64,000 nucleotides of DNA from Nanobdellota archaeon (GTDB taxonomy: Archaea; Nanobdellota; Nanobdellia; Parvarchaeales; Parvarchaeaceae): contig JAJZBD010000004.1 of assembly GCA_021799085.1 (NCBI GenBank), forward strand, positions 7,973 through 71,972. The letters are read 5' to 3'. Positions within the stretch are counted from its first letter, which is position 1. Every line of letters begins with the position of its first letter. The notes beneath the pieces are model-generated. The model was not told the DNA's origin, made no database searches, and was given only the letters and a program-made list of their open reading frames with translations. This document shows positions 37,220-47,175 of the stretch, piece by piece. Position numbers and translations under genes: made by a program.

Positions 37220-37804
37220 TCATTGCTCCGCCTTTAAGTCATTGCTTTCCGTGCTTTTATTACTTTCCTGCTCGGCCGGTTTCTCCTTTTTTTCTTCATT
37301 AGGCTTCTGGCTTTCTTCTTTTGACTCTTCTTTTACAGGTTCTTTAGCGGCAGGACTTTCAACTGTATTTTCTGCATTAGCCTGCTTCTTTTCAGGCATC
37401 TTCCTTTCCTGATCAACTAAAGAATAAATCGTTAAATTTGTACGTTTCCCGTGCCTGTAAACTGTTCCACTCGAAAATCTAGGATAACCCCCTCTACCAA
37501 GAGAGTAACTGCTTATCACTATCTTTGACTCGTCGAACCCCATGTTCTTTGCATTTGCCTTCAACTCTTCAAGCATTGAAACTACCTGCTTGGTCGCTTT
37601 TTGCGGATAACCTGCCGGTACGCCATGCTTGTGGCCTTTGCTTGGATATTTTCTGAAAGGTATGTATGCCTGCTTTGCCAGTACTTTTTTAAGTAAGGCA
37701 TTTGCCTTTGAAATCTGTTTTCCCTTAACTGCTTCCATTATCTCATGCGTGTGCTTTAAGGATATCGGCATCCCCTCTCTTTTTACCTGTACTTTAGTTA
37801 CCAT
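37220..37804 (-). CDS. rpl22: 50S ribosomal protein L22 with acidic low-complexity tail
   Basis: PISLKHT.EI..AVKG, IPFRKY, YPQKA, ANAKNMGF; about 60-aa E/K/S/P tail. Confidence 0.9.
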   Translation of the reverse strand: MVTKVQVKREGMPISLKHTHEIMEAVKGKQISKANALLKKVLAKQAYIPFRKYPSKGHKHGVPAGYPQKATKQVVSMLEELKANAKNMGFDESKIVISSYSLGRGGYPRFSSGTVYRHGKRTNLTIYSLVDQERKMPEKKQANAENTVESPAAKEPVKEESKEESQKPNEEKKEKPAEQESNKSTESNDLKAEQ

Positions 37805-37806
37805 AT

Positions 37807-38193
37807 TTACTTAATAGGAACAAACCCGCTTGAACGCGTAGCTTTCATACCTGGTGAACCATGCTTAACCTGTTTCGTTGTAAGTGCAAACTCTCCCAGA
37901 CGATGAAAAACCATTGAAGGTTTTATCTCTATAGGCACAAACTCCTTGCCGTTGTGTACATGTATTGTAAGACCAACGAAATCTGGAAGTATAAACATCT
38001 CTCTCATGTGCGTTTTAATGGTTTTTGACTTTGCTGCTTTTTTCTTCATGTTTTCTAGAAACGCCTTTTCTTCAGGAGAAAACCCTCTTTTCATGGCCCT
38101 CCTAAAATCAGCATTGGCTATCTTTACTAGTTCCTCATTCGGCATCTTTTTTAGCTCGTCTATGCTCTTTCCTCTGAATTTGTACTCTTCCAT
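37807..38193 (-). CDS. rps19: 30S ribosomal protein S19
   Basis: [47 protein letters not shown]. Confidence 0.96.
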   Translation of the reverse strand: MEEYKFRGKSIDELKKMPNEELVKIANADFRRAMKRGFSPEEKAFLENMKKKAAKSKTIKTHMREMFILPDFVGLTIHVHNGKEFVPIEIKPSMVFHRLGEFALTTKQVKHGSPGMKATRSSGFVPIK

Positions 38194-38894
38194 TACCTAA
38201 CACCTGTCCTCTTAGGGGCTATTGCCCCCACCTTTGCTCCAGGAGGAGAATTTCTAGCAGAGCTCTTAGACTTGTGCTGTGTGCTTCTTCTCTTTCCTCC
38301 GAATTTGTGTTCGTAAGCATTCATTGCAACGGCAGCGTTCATAGGCCAGTATCTGCTTCTGGCTTTTATAAGATGATACTTATTTCCTGCCTTGTAAAAT
38401 GGTTTTTCTTTTCTTCCTGCATTGGCTATTTTACCGATAATTGCCCTGCAGTCTTGTTTCAATCTAAGAATCTTTCCGCTTGAGAGTGAAATAGCAACTT
38501 CCTCTCCAGTATTCTCCATTATCCTTGCGCTGTTTCCGCCAGCCCTTATAAGTTTTCCGCCATCTCCTGCTTTTAGTTCAACATTGTAAACATTTGTTCC
38601 GGTCGGAATGTCGCCAAGCCTTAAAACCGAGCCTTCCTTTATGCTGTCTGTTTTCATGTATTGTATTATAAGACCTTCATATGCACCAACAAACGCGGGT
38701 AAAAATGACTTTGAACCATTTTCGAATTTTATCTCCATCAATGGCGCAGTTCTGTACGGATCATGAATAAGCTTCGTTATTCTTGCGTTCATTGGCTCGA
38801 ATGAATTCGGAAGCTTTACTTTCCCGATTGCCTTGAAATCGTTGACTCTAAAAACCCTACTCTTTCCCCTTCTTCTTGACCTTGGTACTTTCAT
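38193..38894 (-). CDS. rpl2: 50S ribosomal protein L2
   Basis: [38 protein letters not shown]...VAMNA.EH.FGG. Confidence 0.96.
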   Translation of the reverse strand: MKVPRSRRRGKSRVFRVNDFKAIGKVKLPNSFEPMNARITKLIHDPYRTAPLMEIKFENGSKSFLPAFVGAYEGLIIQYMKTDSIKEGSVLRLGDIPTGTNVYNVELKAGDGGKLIRAGGNSARIMENTGEEVAISLSSGKILRLKQDCRAIIGKIANAGRKEKPFYKAGNKYHLIKARSRYWPMNAAVAMNAYEHKFGGKRRSTQHKSKSSARNSPPGAKVGAIAPKRTGVR

Positions 38895-38998
38895 AATTCT
38901 CGAAATTATACTCTACTTATGTTTTTTACCTTTATATATATTTTTACCTTCAATAAAAACAAAATATAATAAGGGTAACGGCTTTTTATTCTTTAATA

Positions 38999-39652
38999 AT
39001 GAAAAATAATGCATTAAAGCTTTTCGGAAGTGAAATAATTAAGGAAGCGGAAGGATTCGCCAAACTGTGCAGAACCGGCAGAAGGTGGGGAGGAAAAGCT
39101 GTACTTATAATCCTTGATGCATGCCTTGATAGCACAGGTCTGAATTATTTTACAGTGGTTGTGCCAAAAGTCAATTATTTTCGTGAAAAATATGTAGATT
39201 CGGGGGTAGTATCAAAATGCGACGATTTTAAAAAGATAAGCGAAAAGGAACTGCTTTCTATGTTCAAAAACGAAAGAGTATGGAAAGCAATGAAGGAAAT
39301 CTGCGGGTTTATAGCGGAAAGGAATATCAGCGGAGATGAGATTAAAACACTTAAAGACTGGGCAGAAAATGCCGATCCTTTTAAATTTAAAAATGATGAA
39401 GTGGGAAGGATAAATGGTGTGGGAATAAGCACTTTTCAGTATCTAAGAATACAAAGCGGAGTAGACACAATAATGCCTGATAAGATAATAATGAAGTGGA
39501 TAAGCAAGAATTTTAAAGAAGTTAAAACACCCTATGAATGCATATTAGAAGGGAATAGAATAAGCAAAATTCTTAATATCAGTCAGATAGAGCTTTGCTG
39601 GGCGATATGGATAAAGGAAAGTGGTGAATTAAACCGCATAAAGGTGGAATAA
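38999..39652 (+). CDS. Helix-hairpin-helix (HhH-GPD-like) protein, putative DNA glycosylase fold
   Basis: INGVGISTFQYLRIQSGVDTIMPD resembles an HhH hairpin followed by a PD motif. Confidence 0.5.
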   Translation: MKNNALKLFGSEIIKEAEGFAKLCRTGRRWGGKAVLIILDACLDSTGLNYFTVVVPKVNYFREKYVDSGVVSKCDDFKKISEKELLSMFKNERVWKAMKEICGFIAERNISGDEIKTLKDWAENADPFKFKNDEVGRINGVGISTFQYLRIQSGVDTIMPDKIIMKWISKNFKEVKTPYECILEGNRISKILNISQIELCWAIWIKESGELNRIKVE

Positions 39653-39686
39653 AAACATATATAAAACAGCAAAAACTTTTTCTCTT

Positions 39687-39965
39687 ATGGACATAAATAA
39701 AATCAATTTCATAAAAAAATCCTTCATAAACTTTGAAGGAAAAACTGAAAAAATTATGATATACAGAGAGATTGGTGAAAATAATTTTCATTTTGTATTC
39801 AAATGCCCCAAATGCGGAAAAGAAAATGACTTTGAATCAGAATTGAAAATCGAAAAAGTAAAGGAAGCCGGAAAGGCAAAAGAAAAATATGTTTTTAAAT
39901 GCAGCGAATGCGGACAGGTTTACTCAGTAGAAAGGTTAAAGCCGCCACGCACACGCTCAAAATAA
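39687..39965 (+). CDS. Small zinc-ribbon protein
   Basis: CPKCG and CSECG knuckles. Confidence 0.7.
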   Translation: MDINKINFIKKSFINFEGKTEKIMIYREIGENNFHFVFKCPKCGKENDFESELKIEKVKEAGKAKEKYVFKCSECGQVYSVERLKPPRTRSK

Positions 39966-39966
39966 T

Positions 39967-40758
39967 ATGAGCCAATTGACTGATACAATAATTAAGCTCG
40001 CTGACGACTATAAAATAAAAAGCAGCAATGAAAACGGGCAGAATTTTTTGATAGATGAAGAAGTACTAAAGGAAGAGATAGAACAAGCAGAATTAAAGCC
40101 TTCCGATGTGGTTTTGGATATAGGCGCAGGATTTGGAAGCATAGAAACACTGGCAAGTAAAAAATGCAAAGTGATAGCAATAGAAAAAGAGATAAAATGC
40201 TACTCTTACTTGATTGACAAATATGAAATAGACCCGAATGTACAGATAATAAATGCGGATGCCCTAGAGATAATATACCCTAAATTCAACAAGATAATAT
40301 CAAACCCCCCGTATAACATTTCTGACAGGATAATTGACAAGCTTTCATTCTATGATTTTGAATTTGGCGTAATGATACTACCTAACAGCTTAGCAAAACA
40401 GCTTCTGTCAAAAGAAAACATCACCAAATTCTCCGCTACCCAAAACATATTTTTTGAATTTGCAGAAATAAAGGAAGTGAAGAAGGAAGCATTTTATCCA
40501 GTTCCAAGAATCACAAGCAGAATGGTAAAAATCACAAAAAAACAAAATGATATATTGCAGGAGATATTTAGAAGAAAAGAGATGCTGCTGAAAAACGCCT
40601 TTGTGGCCGGTAGGATCGCACTTGATTACAAAACAAAAAGAGAAAGCAAGCAGGCATTTCAAGAACTGCCCGATAAAATTAAATCGCTGGGGAACAAACA
40701 GGTAAAGGAATTGACTTTAAATGAAATAAATGAAGTAATAAAATATATTGATCATTGA
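39967..40758 (+). CDS. ksgA: 16S rRNA m6,2A dimethyltransferase KsgA/Dim1
   Basis: GQNFL.D, LDIGAGFG, IEKE, ADAL, SNPPYNIS, F.PVP.ITS. Confidence 0.9.
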   Translation: MSQLTDTIIKLADDYKIKSSNENGQNFLIDEEVLKEEIEQAELKPSDVVLDIGAGFGSIETLASKKCKVIAIEKEIKCYSYLIDKYEIDPNVQIINADALEIIYPKFNKIISNPPYNISDRIIDKLSFYDFEFGVMILPNSLAKQLLSKENITKFSATQNIFFEFAEIKEVKKEAFYPVPRITSRMVKITKKQNDILQEIFRRKEMLLKNAFVAGRIALDYKTKRESKQAFQELPDKIKSLGNKQVKELTLNEINEVIKYIDH

Positions 40759-43700
40759 GCTTTCTGTTCGGGCATCTTAACGCTAACAACCCTGCTTATG
40801 CCTTCATCATTCATGGTAACGCCATAGATTACATCTGCGTTTATAAGCGTAGTTTCATTGTGTGATATTATTATAAACTGAGAAGATGCTGAGTAAGCTT
40901 TAACCAAGGCCGAGAAATTACCTGCATTTATTGCATCCAAAGCCGCATCAACTTCATCTAAAACATAGAAAACCGCATCGGTGTATTTTGACAGCGCCAT
41001 TATTAATGAAATCGCAAGAACAGAAAGCTCTCCGCCGCTCAACCCCCTTATGTTCCTGACTCTTTTGTTGGGAAGCTCTACGGATATATCCAGCCCTGAT
41101 GAAAACACGTTGTTTGGATCTTCTGGCACAAACTCTGCCTTTCCTTTTGTTATTGAGTTGAAAACCTTCGTAAAAATCGAATTTATGTCTGATAAAGTCT
41201 TCATGAAAGACTCAAGTTTCTTTTGTTCTATTTCTGAGATTACAGATAATATCCTGTTTCTCTCATCGTTCAATTTCTCAAGTTTAACGTTGAATTCCTC
41301 GTACTGCTGCTGGGTCTCCATGAAAGTCTTAAGTGCAAGTTCATTTATCGGGCCGAAGGAATTTATCTTTGAATTAAGGGAATTAATTTCCTTGTTTATC
41401 TTCTCAAGCGTTTCTCCTTCCTCTATCTTCACACCTTCTATCTTGTATTTTTTGTATTCTTCTTCTGCTGTTTCAAATTTTACCCTAGATCCTGCTTCCT
41501 TAACCTTCAAAGCGTTTATTTCCTCTGCGACTTTCTGAGAACTGCTATATATCGCTTCCCTTTGCTTCTGCATGCTATTAAGCTCATTCAAAAGCTCACT
41601 TCTTCTTTTCCTAAGCATGCTTAGGTTATTCGACTTGTTTGAAAGCTCTTTTCTGGCTTTGTCGTAATTCTCCTGAGTATCCTTTATTGCATTTTCAACG
41701 TCTTCTATTTCCTTTTCAAATCTTTCTCTTTCCTTGTTAAGCTGAGAAAACCTTCTTTCTAGATTGGTTATCTCAGACATTAGAACAGCCGAAAGCTTGT
41801 TTCCAGAAGTCGCCACTTTTACCTGTAGATCATTAACTTCCCTTTCAATGGCCTCTATCTCCTTCCTATGGTCTACTATATCTGGTTTGTTCTTATCCAA
41901 TTCCTCTAGCTTTGATTTCAAATTCAAATTCTCATTCTCAAGTGACTGTATGCTTTCAGATATCTCCGATTCAGTGCCGGTAAACTTTGATTTTTCCTGA
42001 ATAATCTTTGCTATTTTACCTTTTGTCTCATCTAAAGTTTTCTGCCTTACTTTTATCTCAGTCATGATCGAATTCAAGGTGGATTCTTTTTCTATCACTT
42101 CCTCGTCATACTTCTCCTTAAGTTTCGAATGCTCGCTTATCTCTGCGTTTATTTCGGCAATCTTTTTATTAACATTAAGTATGTTTGGCATGTCAAAATG
42201 CCCTCCTGAAACCGTCCCAGTTTTTTCAAACACAGTGCCATCTTGTAAAACCATCCTGTACTGGTGCATAAGCTCCTTGGCAGAATCAAAATCTTTTACT
42301 AAAACCGTATCACCAAAAACAAATTTCATTGCCGGTGAAAGATTTTCAGCGAAATTCACAAGGTTTATTATGTAGTCTATTATCCGCTGATCATTCAACT
42401 TTTCAAAGCTATAGCCGCCTTTAACAGTTGTTAAAGGTATAAAGGTATAGAAGCCAAGCTTTTCATTTTTAAGCTTCTCTATGCACTGCCTTGCAGTTTC
42501 CTCGTTTTCAACAATTATGAAATCCCCTCTTCTCCCTATTGATCTTAAAACCGGGGTAGAGTATTCCTCTTTTTTCAGCGAAAAAAGCTCAGATACTAAA
42601 CCGTATATCCCGTTTATATCCTTTTTGAGCCTGCTGACCACCTCCACTGCCCTGTTCTGGGAGGATAAAGAATTCCTTTGATTAAGCAGGTTCTCTCTCA
42701 ACAGATATATTGAATCGGCTTCCCTTTTGGCCTGGACCTTCAACTTGTCAATTTCCGGTTTTAATGAAGAAAAAGACAAGGTCATCCCTTTTATTGTTTT
42801 TTCAAGGTCATTTCTGCTGGATTCTAGGTTAGTTAGCTCCTCTTGAAGCTCTGCAATTTTTGGGTAGTTTGCCAAAGCAATCTTCAGCTCATATATCTTT
42901 TTGTCTATATCATATATCCTTTTTTCAAGCGATTCCTTTGTTTTAAGGTAATTCTGCGTCTTGGATTCACTTTCTACCAAGGAAAGCTTTCTAGAATTCA
43001 AAGCAGCGATCTTTTCCTCAAGTTTCTTCTTTTCTTCCTCTTCCTCTTTTATCTGCTTTTTCAGCTCTTCCTGTGACTTTGAAAGCTCTTCTATTGACAA
43101 AATGATATTATTAAGCTGTTCGTTGTCGTTTTTAAGCACGGCATTCAGTCTTGCAAGCTCTGAATCAAATTCCTTAGCTTTGTTTTCTGCTTCTAGTATC
43201 TCCTTTTCTCCTTCTGCTTCTGCCTTTGTGTTTATGCTCTCGACTTCCTCATTTATCTTTTTTACTTTTTCATTCAATTTTGATATCTCGGCCGAAAGTT
43301 CCTCATTTCCCTTCTCTGCTTCCTTAAGTTTTTCGAGTATTGCCTGTAATTCAGAATCGGCAGCATCTCTTTTAATCGTGGATTGCTTTGAAAGAAGGGA
43401 AGCGTATCTTCCTTTAAGCTCCTGAAATTCAACTGCCCTTGTCTTTTCTTTTTCAAGTTGCGCCATCAACTTCTGTTTTTCATTTAATACCGTTTCTATT
43501 TTTGCTATGTTGTCTTCTACTTTCTTCATCTCGTTCATTGCCTTGCTTTTTTTGTCTTCAAATACACTTATTCCGGATATGTCATTTATCAGGCTTAACC
43601 TATCTTCATTGGAGGTGCCTACAACCTCCAGTATCCTTCCTTGCGGGATTATATTGAACCCATCCTGCCTAAATTTTACCAGCGCAAGAACATTTAGTAC

Positions 43701-44081
43701 CTCCTCTCTTGTAGAGGCTTTTCCGTTTATTCTGTAAATGCTCTTTCCGTTCTTATCGACCTTTCTGCTAATCGATACCTCGTTTTCCTCTATTCCATGA
43801 AACTCCTTCTTTGAATTGTCAAGAATTACATTCACTTTTGCATGCTCGGCCTGTCTTCCGCTCTTTCCTCCATTAAATATGAGATCTGTAAGCAAATCAG
43901 AGCGCATCTCCTTCTTTGATGAACCGCCAAAAACAAAAAGGAGTGCGTCGATTATGTTGCTTTTTCCAGAACCATTAGCACCAGCTATAGCGTTAAAACC
44001 ATTTACAAAATCGAACTTGATGTGCCCTGCGAAGGATTTGAAATTATCGAGTTCTACTTGCTTTATATAAGTCATATTCAA
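40752..44081 (-). CDS. smc: Chromosome segregation ATPase SMC
   Basis: GANGSGKSN, hinge GIYGLVSELF, LSGGE, LDEVDAALD, IIISH. Confidence 0.97.
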   Translation of the reverse strand: MNMTYIKQVELDNFKSFAGHIKFDFVNGFNAIAGANGSGKSNIIDALLFVFGGSSKKEMRSDLLTDLIFNGGKSGRQAEHAKVNVILDNSKKEFHGIEENEVSISRKVDKNGKSIYRINGKASTREEVLNVLALVKFRQDGFNIIPQGRILEVVGTSNEDRLSLINDISGISVFEDKKSKAMNEMKKVEDNIAKIETVLNEKQKLMAQLEKEKTRAVEFQELKGRYASLLSKQSTIKRDAADSELQAILEKLKEAEKGNEELSAEISKLNEKVKKINEEVESINTKAEAEGEKEILEAENKAKEFDSELARLNAVLKNDNEQLNNIILSIEELSKSQEELKKQIKEEEEEKKKLEEKIAALNSRKLSLVESESKTQNYLKTKESLEKRIYDIDKKIYELKIALANYPKIAELQEELTNLESSRNDLEKTIKGMTLSFSSLKPEIDKLKVQAKREADSIYLLRENLLNQRNSLSSQNRAVEVVSRLKKDINGIYGLVSELFSLKKEEYSTPVLRSIGRRGDFIIVENEETARQCIEKLKNEKLGFYTFIPLTTVKGGYSFEKLNDQRIIDYIINLVNFAENLSPAMKFVFGDTVLVKDFDSAKELMHQYRMVLQDGTVFEKTGTVSGGHFDMPNILNVNKKIAEINAEISEHSKLKEKYDEEVIEKESTLNSIMTEIKVRQKTLDETKGKIAKIIQEKSKFTGTESEISESIQSLENENLNLKSKLEELDKNKPDIVDHRKEIEAIEREVNDLQVKVATSGNKLSAVLMSEITNLERRFSQLNKERERFEKEIEDVENAIKDTQENYDKARKELSNKSNNLSMLRKRRSELLNELNSMQKQREAIYSSSQKVAEEINALKVKEAGSRVKFETAEEEYKKYKIEGVKIEEGETLEKINKEINSLNSKINSFGPINELALKTFMETQQQYEEFNVKLEKLNDERNRILSVISEIEQKKLESFMKTLSDINSIFTKVFNSITKGKAEFVPEDPNNVFSSGLDISVELPNKRVRNIRGLSGGELSVLAISLIMALSKYTDAVFYVLDEVDAALDAINAGNFSALVKAYSASSQFIIISHNETTLINADVIYGVTMNDEGISRVVSVKMPEQKAQ

Positions 44082-44136
44082 CTATCTAAAAAAATTTTTA
44101 ATATTAAATGCTAACTATTTCTCTATGCCGGTAAAA

Positions 44137-44940
44137 TCAGTCTACTACGTGTGAGGATACAAGTTTTTTGATCTTTTCTGGCAAGTACTTACCCTTTATG
44201 TGAAGCACTACTTCATTGCTAGGGTGAGTCTCATTTTCATTTTCCGTAAATATAAATATCTCATTTCCATCCACTATAACAAACCTGCCTATATCTAAAT
44301 CCGTTTTGTTGAGCTTTCCAAACTGCTTTATCTCGTTCAACAGTGTTTCATTAACATCCTTTACAGGTGCATAAACATGAACAGTAACGTTGTTTGCTTT
44401 GGCCTTTTTAAGGGCCCTCCCCAGTGCGCTTATTTTCTTTTCCAACGATTGCTCGGTTGTAATCAGTACTATCTCTCCCTTGGCCGCGCCTATGCTTTTC
44501 TTTATCCTGAAATATATGTTGTCTAACCCTTGATAAGAATTCGCAACCTTCCCTTCATCTACGTACTTTATCCCTTTATTGTAAAGGTTTTGAAGGTCGT
44601 TCAGCATTGCACTGTCTTTTAATTTGCTTAGCTTATCTAGCTTTTGATCCAGCGATTCCTTTGCTTTTTCCTCAAGCTTTTCTATCAGTTCCTGTGGGGG
44701 AATTGCCCTATAGCTTATCGGCTTGCTTAGATCCCTTACTATAAAACCGCCATTTTCCAGCGAAACAAGTATATCATAGGCCCTTGATTTTGGTATGTTC
44801 GCTATCTCGCTCAATTTACCAGAGGTTGACTTTCCTTGTGAAAGCAGGGCAAGCCATACTTTTGCCTCATATAAATTCAATCCGAACATCCTCCTTATTT
44901 TAGCTATATAATCTTCACTAAAAGACAATGCCATAATCAA
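44137..44940 (-). CDS. trmB: TrmB-family regulator/chromatin protein (267 aa)
   Basis: FGLNLYEAKVWLALL, IPKSRAYDILVSL..GFI, RFVIVDG.E. Confidence 0.88.
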   Translation of the reverse strand: MIMALSFSEDYIAKIRRMFGLNLYEAKVWLALLSQGKSTSGKLSEIANIPKSRAYDILVSLENGGFIVRDLSKPISYRAIPPQELIEKLEEKAKESLDQKLDKLSKLKDSAMLNDLQNLYNKGIKYVDEGKVANSYQGLDNIYFRIKKSIGAAKGEIVLITTEQSLEKKISALGRALKKAKANNVTVHVYAPVKDVNETLLNEIKQFGKLNKTDLDIGRFVIVDGNEIFIFTENENETHPSNEVVLHIKGKYLPEKIKKLVSSHVVD

Positions 44941-45032
44941 TCACCTACACAATACTTAGCAATAAACAAGTATATAAATCTTTCTTTTTCACCAAAAATA
45001 AAAGTAAAAAAATAAAAAATTTAAAGTAATCC

Positions 45033-45293
45033 TTATACTTTTACCCTAAATACCCACATCGAAAAGGAGAATACAATTATTCCAAGTATCACTTCGAATA
45101 AGGGGTATATATAAGCCGATGGAGGCGTTGTAACGGTCTTATAGAAATATCCGCTAAGAACCGCTGACGAAAGGATAGACGCCAAACCAAGCACTATTAG
45201 GACCAATCCAAATGCGAACAGAATCAATCCTATAGCTGCATCCACCGCTCTTTTCTCCTCGTCGACAAATTTTAAACTGTCTTTTGCTTTCAT
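45033..45293 (-). CDS. Small two-TM membrane protein
   Basis: Two hydrophobic segments. Confidence 0.6.
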   Translation of the reverse strand: MKAKDSLKFVDEEKRAVDAAIGLILFAFGLVLIVLGLASILSSAVLSGYFYKTVTTPPSAYIYPLFEVILGIIVFSFSMWVFRVKV

Positions 45294-45387
45294 AATACGT
45301 TTAAGTTTTTGTCATTTAAAAGCTTTTTTTAATAAAAAATTAGAGAATATCACTTAACAATAAATACTTTAAAAGCGTAATAAGTGT

Positions 45388-45930
45388 ATGGAAGAGGAAA
45401 AATGCATATTCTGCATGATTGCAAGCAAAAAAGTGCCTGCCAAAGAAGTTTACGAAGACCCTATGGTAATTGGGATTTTAGACATTAATCCTGCTTCAAA
45501 GGGCCACATAATAATGATACCAAAAAAGCACTATAACAATATATATGAGATGCCACAGGAGGAGTTTTTACAGTACATGAGCGTCGCAAGGGCCGTTGGC
45601 TATGCAATATTACTGTCACTTGCCCCAAACAACGTTGAAATGCTTTATACAAAAGAGCTTACAAAGGGCAACGTGACTCCACATGCCCTCATACATTTAA
45701 TACCAAGATACAATGATGACACCATAAACCATGTTTGGCAGCCTCAGAAAATGGAGGAAAGCGATTTTATTGCCGTGGAAAACGCCATAAAATCGGCAAT
45801 AGAAAAAGTCAAGTCTGCAGAAGCTCCAAAACCCGCTAAGCAGACAGCTGAGGAGCAGAAAAAACCTGAAAACGCGATTAAAGAGAACAAGCCGCAGATA
45901 AATATCCAAAGGAAAATAGTGGTATTTTAG
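45388..45930 (+). CDS. HIT-family protein with degenerate triad (HALIH)
   Basis: CIFCMI, LDINPASKGH...PKKH, PHALIHLIPR. Confidence 0.85.
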   Translation: MEEEKCIFCMIASKKVPAKEVYEDPMVIGILDINPASKGHIIMIPKKHYNNIYEMPQEEFLQYMSVARAVGYAILLSLAPNNVEMLYTKELTKGNVTPHALIHLIPRYNDDTINHVWQPQKMEESDFIAVENAIKSAIEKVKSAEAPKPAKQTAEEQKKPENAIKENKPQINIQRKIVVF

Positions 45931-46460
45931 TTTCCTTTGTATTCTACGGTTTTATCGTCTTCCTTCTTTATCTCTTCCTGTATTGTTTCCTTTATTTCCT
46001 TGAATTCTTTTTTATCAACGTCAAAATAATCATAGAAAGAAGGGGTGATTTTTATCACCTTTTTGCCGTCTTCTATGTCAGTTGAGACTAATCCTCTGGA
46101 CTGCAACTCCTTTACATGCTGGTATGAGATGCTGCCTCTTCTTTTAACTAAGTCAGCCTGCTTTATTTTCCCATTTAAAACTATCAAACTTAAGGTCATT
46201 AAAACCCCTCTACTCATGTCTGTTCTTAGGTTATCCTGTACCAAATAAAGAAGGTCACTTCTCAATCTCATTCGGTATAAATTACCTTCTGTCAATATGT
46301 AAAATGCACTCTTTCTTTCAGAATATATTTTATTGATATCATTGACTGCTTTTTTTACCATTATTGGGTCGGATTTTGTCCGTTTTACTATCTCTTCTAG
46401 GCTTATGCCATCTCCAAATGAGAATATAAGCGCTTCAACATACTCATTTATTTTTACCAT
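45927..46460 (-). CDS. scpB: SMC-Scp complex subunit ScpB
   Basis: VEALIF, tandem winged helix, TLSLI...KQADLVKRRG, ITPSFYDYF. Confidence 0.88.
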   Translation of the reverse strand: MVKINEYVEALIFSFGDGISLEEIVKRTKSDPIMVKKAVNDINKIYSERKSAFYILTEGNLYRMRLRSDLLYLVQDNLRTDMSRGVLMTLSLIVLNGKIKQADLVKRRGSISYQHVKELQSRGLVSTDIEDGKKVIKITPSFYDYFDVDKKEFKEIKETIQEEIKKEDDKTVEYKGN

Positions 46461-46511
46461 ATCATTGATATAATGGATACAATCGCATTTATTGATTTTA
46501 AAAGTTAATGG

Positions 46512-47174
46512 TCACTTTACCCTGCTCTTTATATATATCTCTTTGAAAGGTTCATTTTGCGTGATTTCCACCTTGTTCATGTTTGATATAAACAGGAGCG
46601 GCAGTAATGTGTAAATTATCTCCTTTCTGTCATTATTTTTTGATACCAACTCGGAGAAAAGAACTATCTCCTTGATGCCAAAGAGCTTTCCCAGTTTTTC
46701 AAGAAGTAACCTTATTCTGTCCTCTATTTTTACTTCCTTAAGCTTTAGTTCGAAGTTTATCTTCTGCTTTGTGCTGTACCGCATAGCTTCCCTTATTGTG
46801 TTTATAAGCTCAGTAAGGGTTATCTTTCTGCTTCTGAAAATTGGAAGTTTTGATGTGACAGCTATGTCAAAAGGCACTGCCTTTATATACCTCTGCTGGC
46901 TTTCCCTTTCCTTTTTCACGTTGAGCTCAAGCATTTCTTCCACAACGGTATCGGATTTCATTTTCAGGAGTATAGCTGCAGTGTAAACAAACTTTCCTCC
47001 AAATCTAAAGTCTATCTGGTTTATTTTTGAAATCAACGCAGCGAACCTGTCGGCTATCTTAATAAGGTCTATGTCCATGGGATCCATGCCTTCGTCCCTT
47101 ATTATTGTGGTTATAAGATGTTCCCACCCGAGCTCGTCATTCAGTATAAGCTTGTATATCTCTTCGTGATCCAT
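46512..47174 (-). CDS. scpA: Kleisin ScpA
   Basis: MDPMDIDLIKIADRF, AAILLKMKSD, TLLPLLFI, QNEPFKEIYI. Confidence 0.88.
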   Translation of the reverse strand: MDHEEIYKLILNDELGWEHLITTIIRDEGMDPMDIDLIKIADRFAALISKINQIDFRFGGKFVYTAAILLKMKSDTVVEEMLELNVKKERESQQRYIKAVPFDIAVTSKLPIFRSRKITLTELINTIREAMRYSTKQKINFELKLKEVKIEDRIRLLLEKLGKLFGIKEIVLFSELVSKNNDRKEIIYTLLPLLFISNMNKVEITQNEPFKEIYIKSRVK

Positions 47175-47175
47175 C

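Noticed and set aside
40981-44070. Several long plus-strand ORFs opposite smc (also opposite infB, cdc48, atp and nuo genes)
   Set aside because: Ser/Phe/Leu-rich antisense shadows of Lys/Glu-rich coding strands
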